A stretch of 64,000 bases of DNA from Candidatus Spongiisociaceae bacterium (GCA_965262915.1 OZ253564.1:672001-736000), one strand, 5' to 3'. Shown: positions 35,788-49,444, numbered from the stretch's first letter. Numbers and translations are program-made. The notes: generated by a model from the sequence alone, not told the origin.

Positions 35788-36219
35788 TCCCACCCGCGAG
35801 TGAGGCAGCCCTACCTAAGGTGCTCGTGTCCGCGTGGCAACCGGCAGCCCGCCCCGGGCACAGATCCCTGCGGTCGGCTGCGCCGAGTTGTGGCAGCGCA
35901 TCCCCAGACCCCTGCCCAGGGCAGTTGGCACGCCTCGCCCGAGACTTCGAATCTGATGTGCGCTGGAGTATCACGTTCAAAGCAAACACCCGAGCCAAGG
36001 TCCTAACCCACCTCACCGACGCTTCTCTTGGCCTAACAAACCCGCGAGCGGACCTCTGTCGCCGTTACATGAACGCCCTCAGCATCAACCAGGCCCTTAT
36101 CCGGGTCGTCGAACCCGAACAGCTAACCAAGGAGGTCGTACTTCAAATCCAAATCGGCTAGAACAGAACCCAACAAGAAGAGACCAACGCGGAACCATCC
36201 GATACATCCCATCCCTGGA

Positions 36220-37190
<971 letters not shown>

Positions 37191-37397
37191 CTATGCCATC
37201 CACAGCAGCGACCTCACCGCGAGAACGACCCCGGACGCAGTGGCGAACTCGTCGTTCACGGCAAGCAGCAAGCGGAAGGTGTCCACCTATCGATGGTGTC
37301 CCTGTTGACCGGTACATCGACGCCACGGCCCAGGAGTTAGGAGTCCAGTTCGACACAGCGACGGCCAACGCCCTGCGTATGCTTCAGCAGGATTGGT

Positions 37398-38835
37398 GGC
37401 TCTTCGGATTTCACGGGGGAGTGACCGCAGGGAGTAGGTCCCAGTCAGGTTTCCCCGCGTATAGAAGAGCCCGTATTCGGTAGTTCGCGAAGTTGGGTAA
37501 CCCGAAGGCTGCTCGTTTGATGCGTTTGATCAGGTTGTTGAGAGCTTCGGTGGCATCTGTTGGTCACCTTTGAGATGTGCCAGTTGGTGATCTGTGGGGT
37601 CCAGCGGGCGATGGTACGGCCCAGCTTGTTGATCTCCGGGGGGCAGGATTCGTTCTGGAGGTCGTCGGCGAGCCGGGTGGGTGTATCGGAGCGCGAGAGC
37701 GGGGCGGTCAACTTCGTAGATGCCGCGCACGGTTTCCTTAGCGTGCGGGGCACAGCGGACCTCCCCGTGGGGATCACCCGCGTCGAGGAGGCCCCGCAGC
37801 CGGACCTGGCCCCGGTCGCTGTATCTTCTTGTGGGCCGCGGTCAGGAGCCGGCGTATCCGATAGAGGGGGTCTCGGCTGCGGCCCCTGTGGCCGAGGGTT
37901 TCGTTGGGGACCCTTCTGCGTACCTCGTCGAGCCGCTGGTTAGCAAGGCGGATCACGTGGAAAGGGTCTGCGACCTGCGCAGCGTTGGGCAGGACCCGGT
38001 CGTAGGCCGTGCGGTATGCGCCGGACATGTCCAACACCGCCCAGCGGATCCCGTCGCGCCATCCCACCGGTTGCGACCGGAACCAGGCTTCAGCACTATT
38101 AGCTGTCTTACCACCGACTATGTCAATCAACTGGCGGTTCCCCACATCTACGACAGAAGTGCACCACTGCTTGGCCCGGAACCGGCCGCGCCGCCACAAC
38201 AACGTCTCATCGACCCCGACAGCCTCAACCTTGCCTACCCGGCTGGTGTCGGCTTCGAGCAGTGCTTCACCCCAGCGGCGGACCTCGTCGGCCACCGTAT
38301 GCCAATCACAGCCCAACTCTTTCGGCGACTTCGTCGACGGGGCGGCCCCGCCGGCCGACCCCGATGGTCGCCCATCTTGCTGCTCGGGATGTCAGCAACG
38401 CCCGCGGTGGGGCGATCGTGGCGTCTTGCTCGACGAACGAGCGGACCGCACACCCAGAGTCTGGGCACGTCCAGCGGCGTTTCCGCCACCTGAGACGAAC
38501 CGGCCTGCCGAACGCAGGCAGATCAACCAACACAGCTGTCCGATAGCCCTTAGACCACACCCGACCACCGCAGGCCTCACAGGTCGGGCGGGGCCTGCGG
38601 GAGCGGATCACCACCCCGATCGGTGTTTGCTCACCGGAGTCGTTGATGCCACACAGGTCAACGTCGCCTAGGCCTACCAGCTTCTCGCACATGCGCGCAG
38701 GGATCAGTTTCCACAGGGGTCCTCCTGGCTCGGATGTCATTGCTGAAGTCCGATTATGGAGGACCCCTCCTCACTTCTGGCGGATTCCGGCTCCCCCGAC
38801 AGGATCCCCTACTCCCCCCTAATTTCTGAAGAGCC
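37398..38835 (-). mobile_element. ISL3-family element, frameshifted
   Basis: IRs GGCTCTTC...GAAGAGCC; 8-bp duplication GGATTGGT; GVDET, ADPFHV; splits a small membrane ORF (…QQDW|FLFWMW…AAVT*). Confidence 0.9.
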
Positions 38836-39003
38836 GGATTGGTTCCTGTTCTGGATGTGGGCCGTGGGCATCCTTTTGGGTGCCGTCGGCATCGCGACCG
38901 GCATCGTCCTGGCGGCCGTTACCTGATCCGAACCACGGACGGATCCGATGTCACGGCCCCTCAAGGCTGCTGCTCCCACGACTGCCGCGACATCGCGGAA
39001 TCG

Positions 39004-39474
39004 CTAGCGGGTCGTGGCCCCGGTCACATTATCCGGCCAGGGTTCCCCATCGCAGGGTCCGTCGTCCGTGTCGCTCGGCCCGCTCGGCTGGGTGGCCGGT
39101 CGCTCACAAGCGTACCGATCAGGAGCAGGAGCATGGTGATCAGGTAGTAATCCCAGCATGATCGGTACGGTCGTCAGCGCCGATATCGCCAGTCCGGCGG
39201 CCGCCCATTCGCGTCCCTCCGCTCCGTAGTCCGCACGGCGGAGTCCCAGCCAGGACAGGGAGGCCCCTAGCAGTATGAGGACGACGCACCAGGTGACGGC
39301 CTGGCCGGATATGAGGAACCCGGCGAGGTTCGACCAGGTCCATCCGTGGCTGAACCACCAGGTGATCTGTAACAGGGCGGCGGCCGTCGCCACGACGAAT
39401 CCGGCTACGGCTAGAGCATCGGGCAACTGGGCGTACGCCCGTTCGGTCGGATGGCACTGTCAGGTAGCCATCAC
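39004..39474 (-). pseudogene. small membrane protein, copy C (more diverged, disrupted)
   Basis: WWFSHGWTWSNL and GREWA motifs; frameshifts. Confidence 0.7.
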
Positions 39475-39642
39475 GCCTCCTCGGGGGGAATGCTTGGTAT
39501 ACAGTCCAATGTAAGGGGTGGGTGTGACAGTTCCCGGTGAGGGTGGTTCCGTCCGCTCCGGGGGGAAGCAACCCGGGGCCTTCACGCCGAGGGATCCGAC
39601 CGGCGATCGGCTCGGGCGAGAAGCGTCAGGGGCGAGCGCCGA

Positions 39643-40092
39643 TCACCCGGATACGTCCGACCATCCCTCGTGGCGGGCGATCATCTCCCGGAGGTAGGCG
39701 GGTACGGCCTTGGGCTGCATCGTCTCGTGGTCGACGATCACCTGCACTTGGCGTCCCTCGACCACCGTCTCGCCGCTTTCGGTGGTCAGGTACTCGAAGG
39801 TGATGGAGCTCCGTCCGATCCCCACGACCCGGGCGGTGGTGCTCACCACCTGTCCCATCCGGGCCGACCGCCGGTAGTCGATCTCGGTGCGGGCCAGCAC
39901 CACGTCGTCGCCGTTCGCCACCATGAAGTTCCACGGGCAGCCGACGGCGTCCATGTAGTCGGTGAAGGCGTCGTCCCAGTACACCAGGTAGGTGGGGTTG
40001 TAGACGATGCCCTGGGCGTCGCAGTCGGAGAACCGGAGCCTCCGGCTGTAGATGACCGGTTCGCGGCCGGGTGCGATGCTCGGATCGGTCAT
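39643..40092 (-). CDS. acyl-CoA thioesterase (YbgC/4HBT hot-dog fold)
   Basis: RFSDCDAQGIVYNPTYL, EIDYRRSAR, IGRSS. Confidence 0.9.
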   Translation of the reverse strand: MTDPSIAPGREPVIYSRRLRFSDCDAQGIVYNPTYLVYWDDAFTDYMDAVGCPWNFMVANGDDVVLARTEIDYRRSARMGQVVSTTARVVGIGRSSITFEYLTTESGETVVEGRQVQVIVDHETMQPKAVPAYLREMIARHEGWSDVSG

Positions 40093-40158
40093 GCCGACAC
40101 ACGATAGAGCCTGCGGGGCATCGCCCCGTCCCGGATGATCGCCACCGGATGGACCCGG

Positions 40159-41100
40159 CTAGCCGGGAAGCTCGGGGGCCGGCAGGCGGGTGGGCGGGTC
40201 GTCGTGGCGGGGCAGCTTCACCGGGTTGCCCGCCATCTCGAGGGTCGAACCGTCAGGCAGCCCGACCTCCACCACCATATTGCGGGCCCGCACGCCCGGG
40301 TCCGACACCACCGCGGCGATGTCGTTGATCGGCCCGCACGGTATGCCCGCCGCCTCCAACCGGACCAGCCAGGCTTCGGCGATGTCTCCGGAGAGGGCCG
40401 CCTCGAGTTCGGCGCCCAGAGCCTCGGCGTGTTCGGTGCGGGCCTCGTTGGTGGCGAAGCGGGGGTCGTCCACCAGCTCGGGACGTCCAAGCGTCCCGCA
40501 CAATGCCGAGAACAGGCGGTCGTTCCCGGCGGCGACCACGAGGGGGCGGTCCGCAGCCTGATAGGCGGCGAAGGGCGTGATCGATGGGTGGCGGCTGCCG
40601 AGAGGTCCGGGGACCAGGCCGGTGGCCGAGTAGCGGGCGATGGCATTCTCGAGGATGGCCACCTGGCAGTCCAGCATGGCGATGTCCACCATCTGTCCCA
40701 TCCCGGTCCGTTCCCGCTCGTGCAGGGCGGCCAGGATCCCGACGGCGGCAAACAGGCCGGCCGCGATGTCCCCCACCGACGTGCCCACCCGGGTGGGAAG
40801 CCCCCCGGGATGGCCGGTGAGGCTCATCAGCCCGCCCATGGCCTGCACCACCATGTCGTAGGCGGGACGCTCCGAGTACGGGCCGGTATGGCCGAACCCG
40901 CTCACCGCCGCGTACACCAGCCCCGGCCAGCGGGCATGCAGCGTCTCCCACCCGTAACCCATCCGCTCCATAGCGCCGGGACGGAAGTTCTCCACCAGCA
41001 CGTCGGCCCCGTCGAGCAGCTCCTCGAACCTGACCCGGTCCTCCGGGTGGTCGAGGTCCAGCGCCACGGACGTCTTGCCCCGGTTCAAAGACTCGAAGTT
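40159..41100 (-). pseudogene. CaiB/BaiF CoA-transferase lacking its N-terminus
   Basis: LNRGK, DVLVENFRPG, YDMVVQAMGG; compare full copy 49936-51048. Confidence 0.85.
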
Positions 41101-41548
41101 CACCTTCTCCGATGGGAAGCGTTTCCTGATCGGAACGGACGACCCGGAAGGCCTGACCCGCGGCTTTCCTCTGAGTCGGTGCCGGAGCGGGTCGGCACCG
41201 GTCGGCCAGCCGCGGCTGGGTATGCGTGGTCCGTTGCTCTAACGAATCCAGCTTCAGGCGGAACCCGGTCGCCCCTTCGATGGTGATGACAACGCCGAGC
41301 GACTCGAGCTCCACCAGGGATTCTCGACGAGCGTCTTGACGAGCGTCTTGAGTTGCGAGGGCCGTATCGGCCTCGGATTTGACTCGTTCGCCGTGTGCGC
41401 GGCGTTCAACCGGACGTACCTTTGGGTTGCCGCCACCGCCTCCCCGAGCAAATTCCCGATCCTCCACATACCCGTGTACGAGTAGATGAGGCAGGGGGCC
41501 AGCTCCGCCAGGCACCGTCAATACGTTGTCGCTCCTGTAAGGCTTCAA
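41101..41548 (-). pseudogene. N-terminal fragment of an IetS-like S8 protease
   Basis: LPHLLV...R.AHGE...GVVITIEG..GF.LKLDSLE; directly follows the AAA C-terminus. Confidence 0.5.
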
Positions 41549-41690
41549 CCAACGTAGCGGTAGCGACTCGCTCCTCCCCTGATAGGAGGGAACGCTTCGC
41601 TGCCGTCTCGGCCGCCTTCACCAGTTCGGCATGGCTCATTCCGTCATCGTCTTGCCGGTCCCCGGAGGGCCTTCGAGCAGTATCCGGTGC
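41515..41690 (-). pseudogene. C-terminal fragment of an IetA-like AAA ATPase
   Basis: GMSHAELVKAAETAAKR...LVEALQER. Confidence 0.6.
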
Positions 41691-41843
41691 GGGGGGGTGT
41701 CCCTGTCTTGTTGTCAAGCCGCTTGGGGTAGGTTTTTGGGGGTTTCGGGTTGGGTCTGGGGTGGTTGGTAGGGGGTTTGGGTTTTGAGCATGGCCAGGAT
41801 GATGTTGGGGCGTCGGCGGGCTACGTAGATGACGGCTGCGTTG

Positions 41844-43372
41844 ATGCTCCTATGATTGTCAAATCGATGATGGTGGGGCGGGTTGGTGGGTTCGGAGCCA
41901 GTTCTGGTATCGGGTAGCGAGCTGGTGGTTGTGGTCTCGGCCGCGTTCGATTTCTGAGATGCGGGCAGGGTGGGTTCGGAGAGCGTGGGCGGCTTGGGTG
42001 ATGGTGATGCCGCCTTGTTGGCGTAGGGTGCGCAGCTTCGCGCAGTTCGGGGTTGGTGGCGGGTTAGTGATGAGTCGGTATATTTCTCGGGCGATGTGCC
42101 TCTTGAGGCAGCGGATGATCTCTTTTCGGTTCTTTCCTTCGGTCTGGCGTCGGGTTACGTAGTCTTTGGTGCGGGCGTCGTGGCGCATCCGGGTGGTAGC
42201 GATGCGCCACAGCGCACAGTTTGCTTGCCGGTCGCCGCCCCGGTTGAGACGATGCCGCATGGTCTGTCCCGATGATGCCTGGACGGGGCTGGTGCCGCAC
42301 AGCGCCGCAAAGGACCGTTCCGATTTCATACGCCCGGGTTTGTCGCCGACTGCGACCAACAAAGCGGCGGCTGTGTCAGGACCGACACCTTCTGCCGCCA
42401 GCAGCGCCGGGTTCGCCTTCGCGCAGAGGCCTCTGATCTCGGTGTCGAGTTCGCCGATCTCTGTGTCGAGGGTTTGGTATCGGCGGGCCAGATGCCGCAG
42501 GGCACGCTTCGCGTAGGCGGTGGTGGTGTGGTCTGTGCCGGGTCGGAACCGGGCGCAAACTCGGACCTGGGCTTTGAGATTCATGCCCTTTAGCTGTTGT
42601 TTGACCTGCTCAGGGCCGGTAACCACCAGAGAGTGGATCTGGTTGGCGGCCTGGGTGCGGGCTTTGACCGCGGAGCGGCGGGCCGTCCTCAGCATCCGCA
42701 GGCACTCGACCGGACCGTCACCGGACTTGGGAACTGCGGTTGCTTGGCCCGAGGCGGCCGACCGAGTTGCTGCCTCGGCGTCGACGCTGTCGGTCTTGCC
42801 GCCCTTCTGGCGGCGTAGCTGGCGGTTCGGCCGGTTCACCTCCACCACCTCGATGTCGGCCTCGGTCAGATAGCGGGCCAGCCCGGCGCCGTAACTACCG
42901 GTTCCTTCTACCCCGACCCGGACCAGATGTCCCTGCGATCCCAGCCAGGCGACCAACCGCTGATACCCAGCTCCCTCCGCTGCGAACGACTCTGACCCCA
43001 ACAGGCGACCAGCAGTATCCACCACCGCCGCTACATGGGTGTCACGATGGGTATCAACCCCACCGAACACATCAACCCGATTCCCCGACACGACCACCAC
43101 CTCCTCGAGGGCGCTACTCTTGTTGCGGGGTTCCGGCAAAAAGCGGTGGACAGTACACTCACGGTGCTGGGAAGCTAAAGCTCCTATTAGGTCACATCCG
43201 CTCGGAGCCGAAACCCCGCTCTTCCCTGGACCGGGGGACAGGCCGACAGATCAACGCAAAGGCAACGCAAGCGCACGCCAGTGTTCTTTTGAGTCAGACC
43301 CGCCCCCCGCTCCAAGGGGCCACCCCATCTTCGCAGGTGGCCCCCAAAGGAAAGAGCCATTCCATTATGAGT
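41844..43372 (-). mobile_element. IS110-family element, HTH-tailed type, copy 2 (CDS 41859 to ~43100)
   Basis: Homologous to 5251-6725; removal restores GKEHNAAVI in the host transposase. Confidence 0.92.
43140..43372 (-). ncRNA. putative IS110 bridge RNA
   Basis: Guides at 43156, 43180, 43252 and 43281 match donor and target. Confidence 0.75.
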
Positions 43373-43994
43373 GTGTTCTTTGCCTTGGGCTCGTTTGCGC
43401 AGGTAGCAGGCGCGGGCGTCGGGGTCGTGTTGGCTGGCGACGAACGCGGCGACGAACATGGCGTTGCCGACGCGGTGGTTGCCGCCTCGTGCCCGTCGGG
43501 TGTTGCTGGTGCGGCCCGATTGCCAGTTGACGGGGGCTAGTCCGGCGTAGGCGGCTAGGCGTGCGGGGTTGGCGAAACGGTGCGGGTCGCCGATCTCAGC
43601 GAGGGTTCTCGCTCCGGTGCGGGGCCCGAACCCGCACATGCTGTTGAGGACTTTTCCCAGCGGATGCTCCAAGAACGCCGCCCCGATGTCGGCTTCGAGC
43701 CGCTCGCGGCGGTCGATGATCCGGTCCAAGTCGGCAGCGAGATCGCTGATAGTTTCGCCCCATGTCGCTTCGGCCACCACCGTGACGGTCTGGGCGGCTA
43801 GAGCGGCCCAGATCTCGTCGGTGAGCTTTGCGGCTGTCCGCTTGGAACGTTTCGCCACCAGCGTCCGGACGCGGGCTTTGCCAGCGGCGCGCAGCGCCGA
43901 AGGTGTGGGCCACCTCCCCAGTGCTGCTCGCAGCCCGGACACCGACACCAGCCTGTCGCCTACGGCACGTTCCAGAGCCGGGGACACGGCTAAG

Positions 43995-45810
43995 CCTGAA
44001 TCCACCGACGGCCTCCCCGGGGGGTGGTCCGGGGTGCGGTTGGTGGGAGGTTGAGGGGTCGGGGTTGGTTGGTTTTGGGGGGGTTCTAGGGGCGTGGTGG
44101 GTATGGTTTAGTGGCTAGATGGTGTTGAAAGCTGGTTGGGGTTGTTTCAGGCGTGTATGGCTGGGGTTTAGGTGGTTGGTTATGGTTGTGGGGGGTGTGT
44201 GAGGCCGGGTTAGCAGAGCTGTGGCAGCGTCCGGAGGTTAGTGAGGGTGGTTAGGTAGGTGCCGGCCCAGGGCCATCGGGCGGGTAGACGCAGCAGGCGG
44301 CGTCCGCCGTGGTTGACGACCCGTCCAGGGACCCCGAACAGTCGGGTACGGATGGTACGTCCACAGACCAGCCGCCCTCTTGGGCGGGTTCCGCCCAAGA
44401 GGGCTATATGGCGGTAGAGGTTATGCGCCAGGGCGGCGCAGATCAGCCAGGCCGCGTTAGCTGCGAAGACGCCGGAAGGTAGGTGGGCGAGTCCCCCTGA
44501 GTCTTTGAGGTCGCGGATGGCGAGTTCGCATGTGGCGTGGCGGCGGTGGTACCGGTCGGCTTCGACCGCGGGCACCTGGCTGTGCGCCTCCCCAGGGTTG
44601 TCACCGATCTCTACCGCCGACAGTTCGGCCACTTCGGTGTCTTGTTCGCCTCGGCGGGGTTGGTGACCGGTGTCGTCTTGTACGGCCCGGGGTTGGTGGT
44701 GCCGGTCGGCTTCTGCCGCGGCTAGGTCCAGGTTGGTGACCAAGGTGTGGTACCGCCAGTCGGGGAACAGCTGGGCTTGGGAACCGACCAAGCGGGTGCG
44801 GCGCACCACGAGACGGACCCGGCGCCGCTGCGACCGTTTCTTGGGGTTGGTCATCTCCAGGACGGTTTCCCCCACTTGTGCTTCGCCGCCCCGGGGATAG
44901 ACGATGGGAGCCCAGGCGTCTTCGTCGATATGTGTGATCTGTGCCCTGACCTTGGCATTCACCTGGGTGGTGATCGACCATCCCACCCCGAGTTTGTCGA
45001 GGGCGGCCAACATGGCATAGGACCAGAACCCCGAATCGGCCCGCACGCTCACCGGGCCCCTGGCCCCGGCCCGTCGCACACGCCGGATCGTCTCCCCGAC
45101 GAAATGGACCACACCCCGCTGCGACCCTCCTGCACGCAGACGGGCACCGACCACCTCCCCCGTATCGGCTCGGAACGCCAACAGCGGGTGATAACCCAGC
45201 ACTTTGGTGTAACCGAAAGCCGCGCCTTGTTTGGTCTTGCCCGACACTTCACAGATCGTCGAGTCCAAATCAACGGTCACAGGTCCCTTACCGGGACCCG
45301 CGCCCGCCCGCCACGCCCGGCCCAGCGTCAAGGTCAACACCTTCTCCAACTGGCGTACATGACCCCAGGTGAACGAACGCAGGAAGGTTCCCACAGTGGA
45401 CGGGGCCATCACCGCATGGGGCAACACCCGATCGGTGGAACCCGCCCGGAGCCGACCCACATGATCAATATGGGAGGCGCCCACCAGCATCGCAGCTACC
45501 AACGTGCACACCTTACGACCCGGGTTCGCGCCACCCACCCGGCCCTCCAGCCGCACCGTCCGATCCACCACATCTTCCAACCCCAAACGGTCCATCAGCG
45601 TCCCGGCCGCCAACAGCCCAGCGTCGGCCACCAACGACTCATCATCGAAAACCACCTCATAGCGGTCGATATTCTGCAATACTCCACTCACAGGAAGTGC
45701 CTCCTGACTCCGGGCCAATACACTTGTTTCGTATGGCTATTGTCCCAGATCAGAGGCACTTTCCGCGTCTATCCACCCCCAACCACAGGATATCTACCGG
45801 TGGATTCAGG
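43995..45810 (-). mobile_element. IS1380-family element, copy 2 (transposase 44210-45718)
   Basis: Same IRs as copy 1; CTAAG duplication. Confidence 0.92.
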
Positions 45811-46549
45811 CTAAGAGGGCGTCTCTCAGGCGGTTCGCGGCCCGGGTCGCGTTCCCAGCCAGGTCAGTGTCCCGCCCGTTGAGTATCCGTAGACGGGCCA
45901 GGAGCTCGTCGGTAATAGTGGTCCACGTGAGCCGGTCCGCGTTGCGCCACGCGTAGTCGGCCAGCACCCCGGCGTCTTTGGGGTCGGTCTTGGCCGCTCC
46001 TGCGTAAAGATCCGCGGCTCGGCGCATCGCCAGGCCGGTGACATAAGCCACCGGTATCTGACACTCGGCGGCCACCCCCAAGGCCAGCACAGCCGCAGAC
46101 GAGGTCGTGTCAACCACCAGCGCCGCGCTGCCATGAGATGCTGCGTCGTCGATCAACCGGCGGATAGCCCCCTCGTCGTTGGGAACCGGACGGGCGAACA
46201 AAGCCTCGCCTCGAGCCGACAGCGCACAGGCATAATGTTTCCCCTTGGCGATATCAACACCGACGAACACCTCAGGGGCGGGCTGGGGACAATCTTGCAT
46301 CAGGAGAATCCTTTCCGGTTCGGACGCATGCGACGCTGCCCGCAGGTACCAACGCCTCAACCACTTTACGAACCACCAGCCCCACAATCTCGGTGCATGT
46401 CCCCCTCAGAGGTCGCAGGCACCCAACCACGGCGGGTGGCAACACCCCCCAGGCCATCTCGGTGACAGGGGGACAGAGCCCTGCCCGCCGCGGCGAGCAA
46501 CCAGCCCCGATACTCACACACCAGAGCTACCCAACAAGGTAAAGGGGGA

Positions 46550-46896
46550 GCCCTTCTCCATTGGAGCGTGGCGTTGACGCTGCTCACCAATCACCTCTTC
46601 GAGCCGTGCTCTCGCAGTTCCGCGCCGACCGCCAGGTCTCGCATCGACCTCTCCGAGAACGATGCAACTACAAGACCGCCGAGCTCGCCCCGAGGTTGGG
46701 CAATGGGTGTCACGACAGATCCGGCGAGTTCCTTCCGCCCGGAGTCGACCAACAGCTTCATCTCAGCAGCGAACTTGTGATGTCCCCTACGGGCCGCCTT
46801 GGCCGTAACTTGGAGTACGATCGAGTAAAATGTCTCGTCGTCTCGCGAGCCGTGAGACTTCACAAATGCTTTGATGTGATCAGTTGACGCGGCCAC
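46550..46896 (-). pseudogene. N-terminal fragment of an IetA-like AAA ATPase
   Basis: DHIKAFVKSH..DDETFYSIVLQV.AKAAR.GHH.FA.E...QPRGELGGL. Confidence 0.65.
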
Positions 46897-47322
46897 GAGG
46901 GTCCTCCGTACTTCGACTATAGAGTAAGGGCCATCGCTGACACGCACTCCAATCGGTGTTCGTACGATAGATGCCCTCGTCCTGCTGGAGGCTCTGCTCC
47001 TTGAGAGGATCGGGTTGTGGGAAGGCCAAACAGGTATTCACCGTAGGTCCGCGGAGTATGACAGTGCGCGTGGTGGTCGAGTAGCGAAAGGGGTGCGGTT
47101 CGCAGTGGTTGACCAGTGACCCACCGAATCGGCCTCGGTGGCGGCGCTTTCTCCCTATTCGCGACATTCGCGATTCGCGACCCTCCAATGATCTTGTGGG
47201 ACGGACTGCCGGGTGCCCGGGCGGGATCGCCCGGCCGCACTTGTCGTTCTGACGGAACAACCCTGGGTTAGGAGGCTAGGTCGACCTGACCCGCCGTCCG
47301 CTTACCCGGCCGGTTCGTCGGG

Positions 47323-47760
47323 TCATTCCTCCTGGTTGCCGATCATCTCCCGGAGATAGGTGGGCACTCGTTTGGGGCGCATGGTCTCGTGGTCGACGAT
47401 GACCTGCACCTGGCGTCCCTCCACCAGCGCCTCGCCCGTGTCGGCGTCGGTGGTCAGGTACTCGAAGACGATGGAACTGCGGCCGATCCCCACCACCCGG
47501 GGCACGGTACGGGCCACCTGCCCCATCCGGGCCGAGCGGCGGTAGTCGATCTCGGTCCGGGCCAGCGCCACGTCGTCCCCCTTGCACACCATGTAGTCCC
47601 AGGAACACCCCACGGCGTCCATGTAGTCGGTGAAGGCGTCGTCCCAGTAGACGAGATAGTTGGGGTTGTAGACGATTCCCTGGGTGTCGCAGTCGGAGAA
47701 GCGGATCCTGCGGTCGTAGACGACGGGTTCGGGGGCGGGCGCGGTCATCGGATCGATCAT
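47323..47760 (-). CDS. acyl-CoA thioesterase
   Basis: Paralogue of 39643-40092. Confidence 0.9.
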   Translation of the reverse strand: MIDPMTAPAPEPVVYDRRIRFSDCDTQGIVYNPNYLVYWDDAFTDYMDAVGCSWDYMVCKGDDVALARTEIDYRRSARMGQVARTVPRVVGIGRSSIVFEYLTTDADTGEALVEGRQVQVIVDHETMRPKRVPTYLREMIGNQEE

Positions 47761-47772
47761 GTCAGGAGAATA

Positions 47773-47800
47773 GGTGTCAGGTGTCAGGTGTCAGGTGTCA
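47773..47800 (+). repeat. (GGTGTCA)4 heptamer array; continues at 49288 after the IS110
   Basis: Seen directly. Confidence 0.9.
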
Positions 47801-47801
47801 G

Positions 47802-49286
47802 ACACCCCAGGCGCGTAAATGTCAAGCTGCGGCTCGGTCGATGGTGGTTCGGTGTGCCCAGGCGGTGTGTTCGTTGTAGGGGGTTTGGTGTTTGAGGCAG
47901 CCGTGGAGGATGCCGACGAGTCGGTTGGCTAGGGCTCGGAGTGCTTGGTGGTGGAGGTCGCCGGCTGCTCGTTTCTGGTCGTAGAAGGCTCGGGCTCCTG
48001 GGCTTGGGGTTAGGGAACAGAACGCCCATTGGTCCAGGGCGTCGTAGAGACGCCGCTTTTCGGACGTGGCGGGCCAGGACAGCACGTTTGCGGCCCGACG
48101 CGATGGTGATGGGCGACGTTCCGGCGTAGTTCCTGGGGGACTTGGCGCTGGTGTAACGGTGGGGGTCGTCCCCGAACTCACCGAGCACCCGGGCGCCGAG
48201 CACGGTACCGAGTCCTGGCTGGGAATGGTAGATGACGGCGTCCGGGTGCTGCTCAAAACGGGTCTGGAGGGTTGCTTCGAGTTGGCTGATCTGGCGGTTG
48301 GCCTCCCCAATGATGCTCACCAGTGCCCCCGACAGTCGCTCCGAAGGCGTCCTCAACCGGCCCCGGTGCGGCGAGGTGAGCAGCTCGGAGGCCTTTCTGT
48401 ATTTTGCGGGCGACCGGATCGAGGTTGCGTTTCCGTCCGCCCCTTTTGAGCGCAGCTCGGATCTGGGGCAGTGTCAGGCGGGCGCCAAGGGCGGGGGTGG
48501 GTGCCCGACCCAGTACGGCCACAGCGTCGGAATGGGCCAGGTCCCCGAACGTTTCCAACGCTGCGGGATAGTACTCGCGCAGGGCGTTGCGGACCCCGTT
48601 GGTGTGACGAGTCCGAGCCCAGATCAGGTTCTGATGCGTTCTGGCCACGATCTTGATACCTTCTGATTCGGGGCTGTCACCGGCCACGGGACGGTGGTTG
48701 TGACGGTCGGTGCGTACCAGATCAGCTAACACCTTGGCATCACCGCGGTCTGATTTCGCTCCGCCCAGGCTGTGACGGTCCCGGTAGCGGGACACCGCCC
48801 TAGGGTTGATCGCATACACCACATAGCCCGCCGCGACCAGCGCACCGACCCACAGCCCACGGTCGGTCTCGATGCCTACCACTACCTCAGCTGCATCCGA
48901 TGTGTGCTCGGCGACCATCTGGTGGAACCTGGCTATACCTTGGATCCCTTCCGGTATACGGGCGAACCCCAGCCGGGTTCCCCCCTCGTCCAGCAGATAC
49001 ACATCGTGGTGGCCCTCAGCCCAGTCGTTACCCACAAAAATCATCTTCGCCTCCCTCGTGCGGATCGATCCTTGCCGAGCTGTAGAGGAAACGCCTGGCG
49101 GCGACCTAGCAGATCAGTGCTCTGTGGCACGCCACCCCCTCAGCGCTACAAGCGGCCCTCGCGAACCGGCCGGGGTACGCTCTGACACTAGGAATCAGCG
49201 TTCCGGGTGCCGTCAGTACTCACCGGCCGGCCAGCTCAACCACCACACCCTCCCAGACAAACCGGCAGAAGTGGTGGACCCCCATT
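47802..49286 (-). mobile_element. IS110-family element (third type), frameshifted, inserted in the heptamer array
   Basis: GNDWAE, GIETD, KSDRGDA, ASG; CT core duplicated (AG at 47800 and 49287). Confidence 0.88.
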
Positions 49287-49383
49287 AGGTGTCGACTGGC
49301 GAGACTGAAGGATTCTCGGTGCCGCTTATCTGTGTCGGTCACTCGCCCGTTCCGTTGGTGGCTGCAGAACCCATCATCAAGGA

Positions 49384-49407
49384 CTGACACCTGGCACCTG
49401 GCACCTG
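49384..49407 (+). repeat. CTGRCAC x3
   Basis: Inverted relative to the 47773 array. Confidence 0.85.
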
Positions 49408-49444
49408 TTTCGGGTATCGGTCGTGGGTGTGCGCAGTGCTGTGC

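Larger units (their letters stand above)
41691..46545 (-). mobile_element. IS110-family element (IS900-like) interrupted by an HTH-IS110 and an IS1380
   Basis: Three pieces reconstitute a homologue of 25997-27589. Confidence 0.85.
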
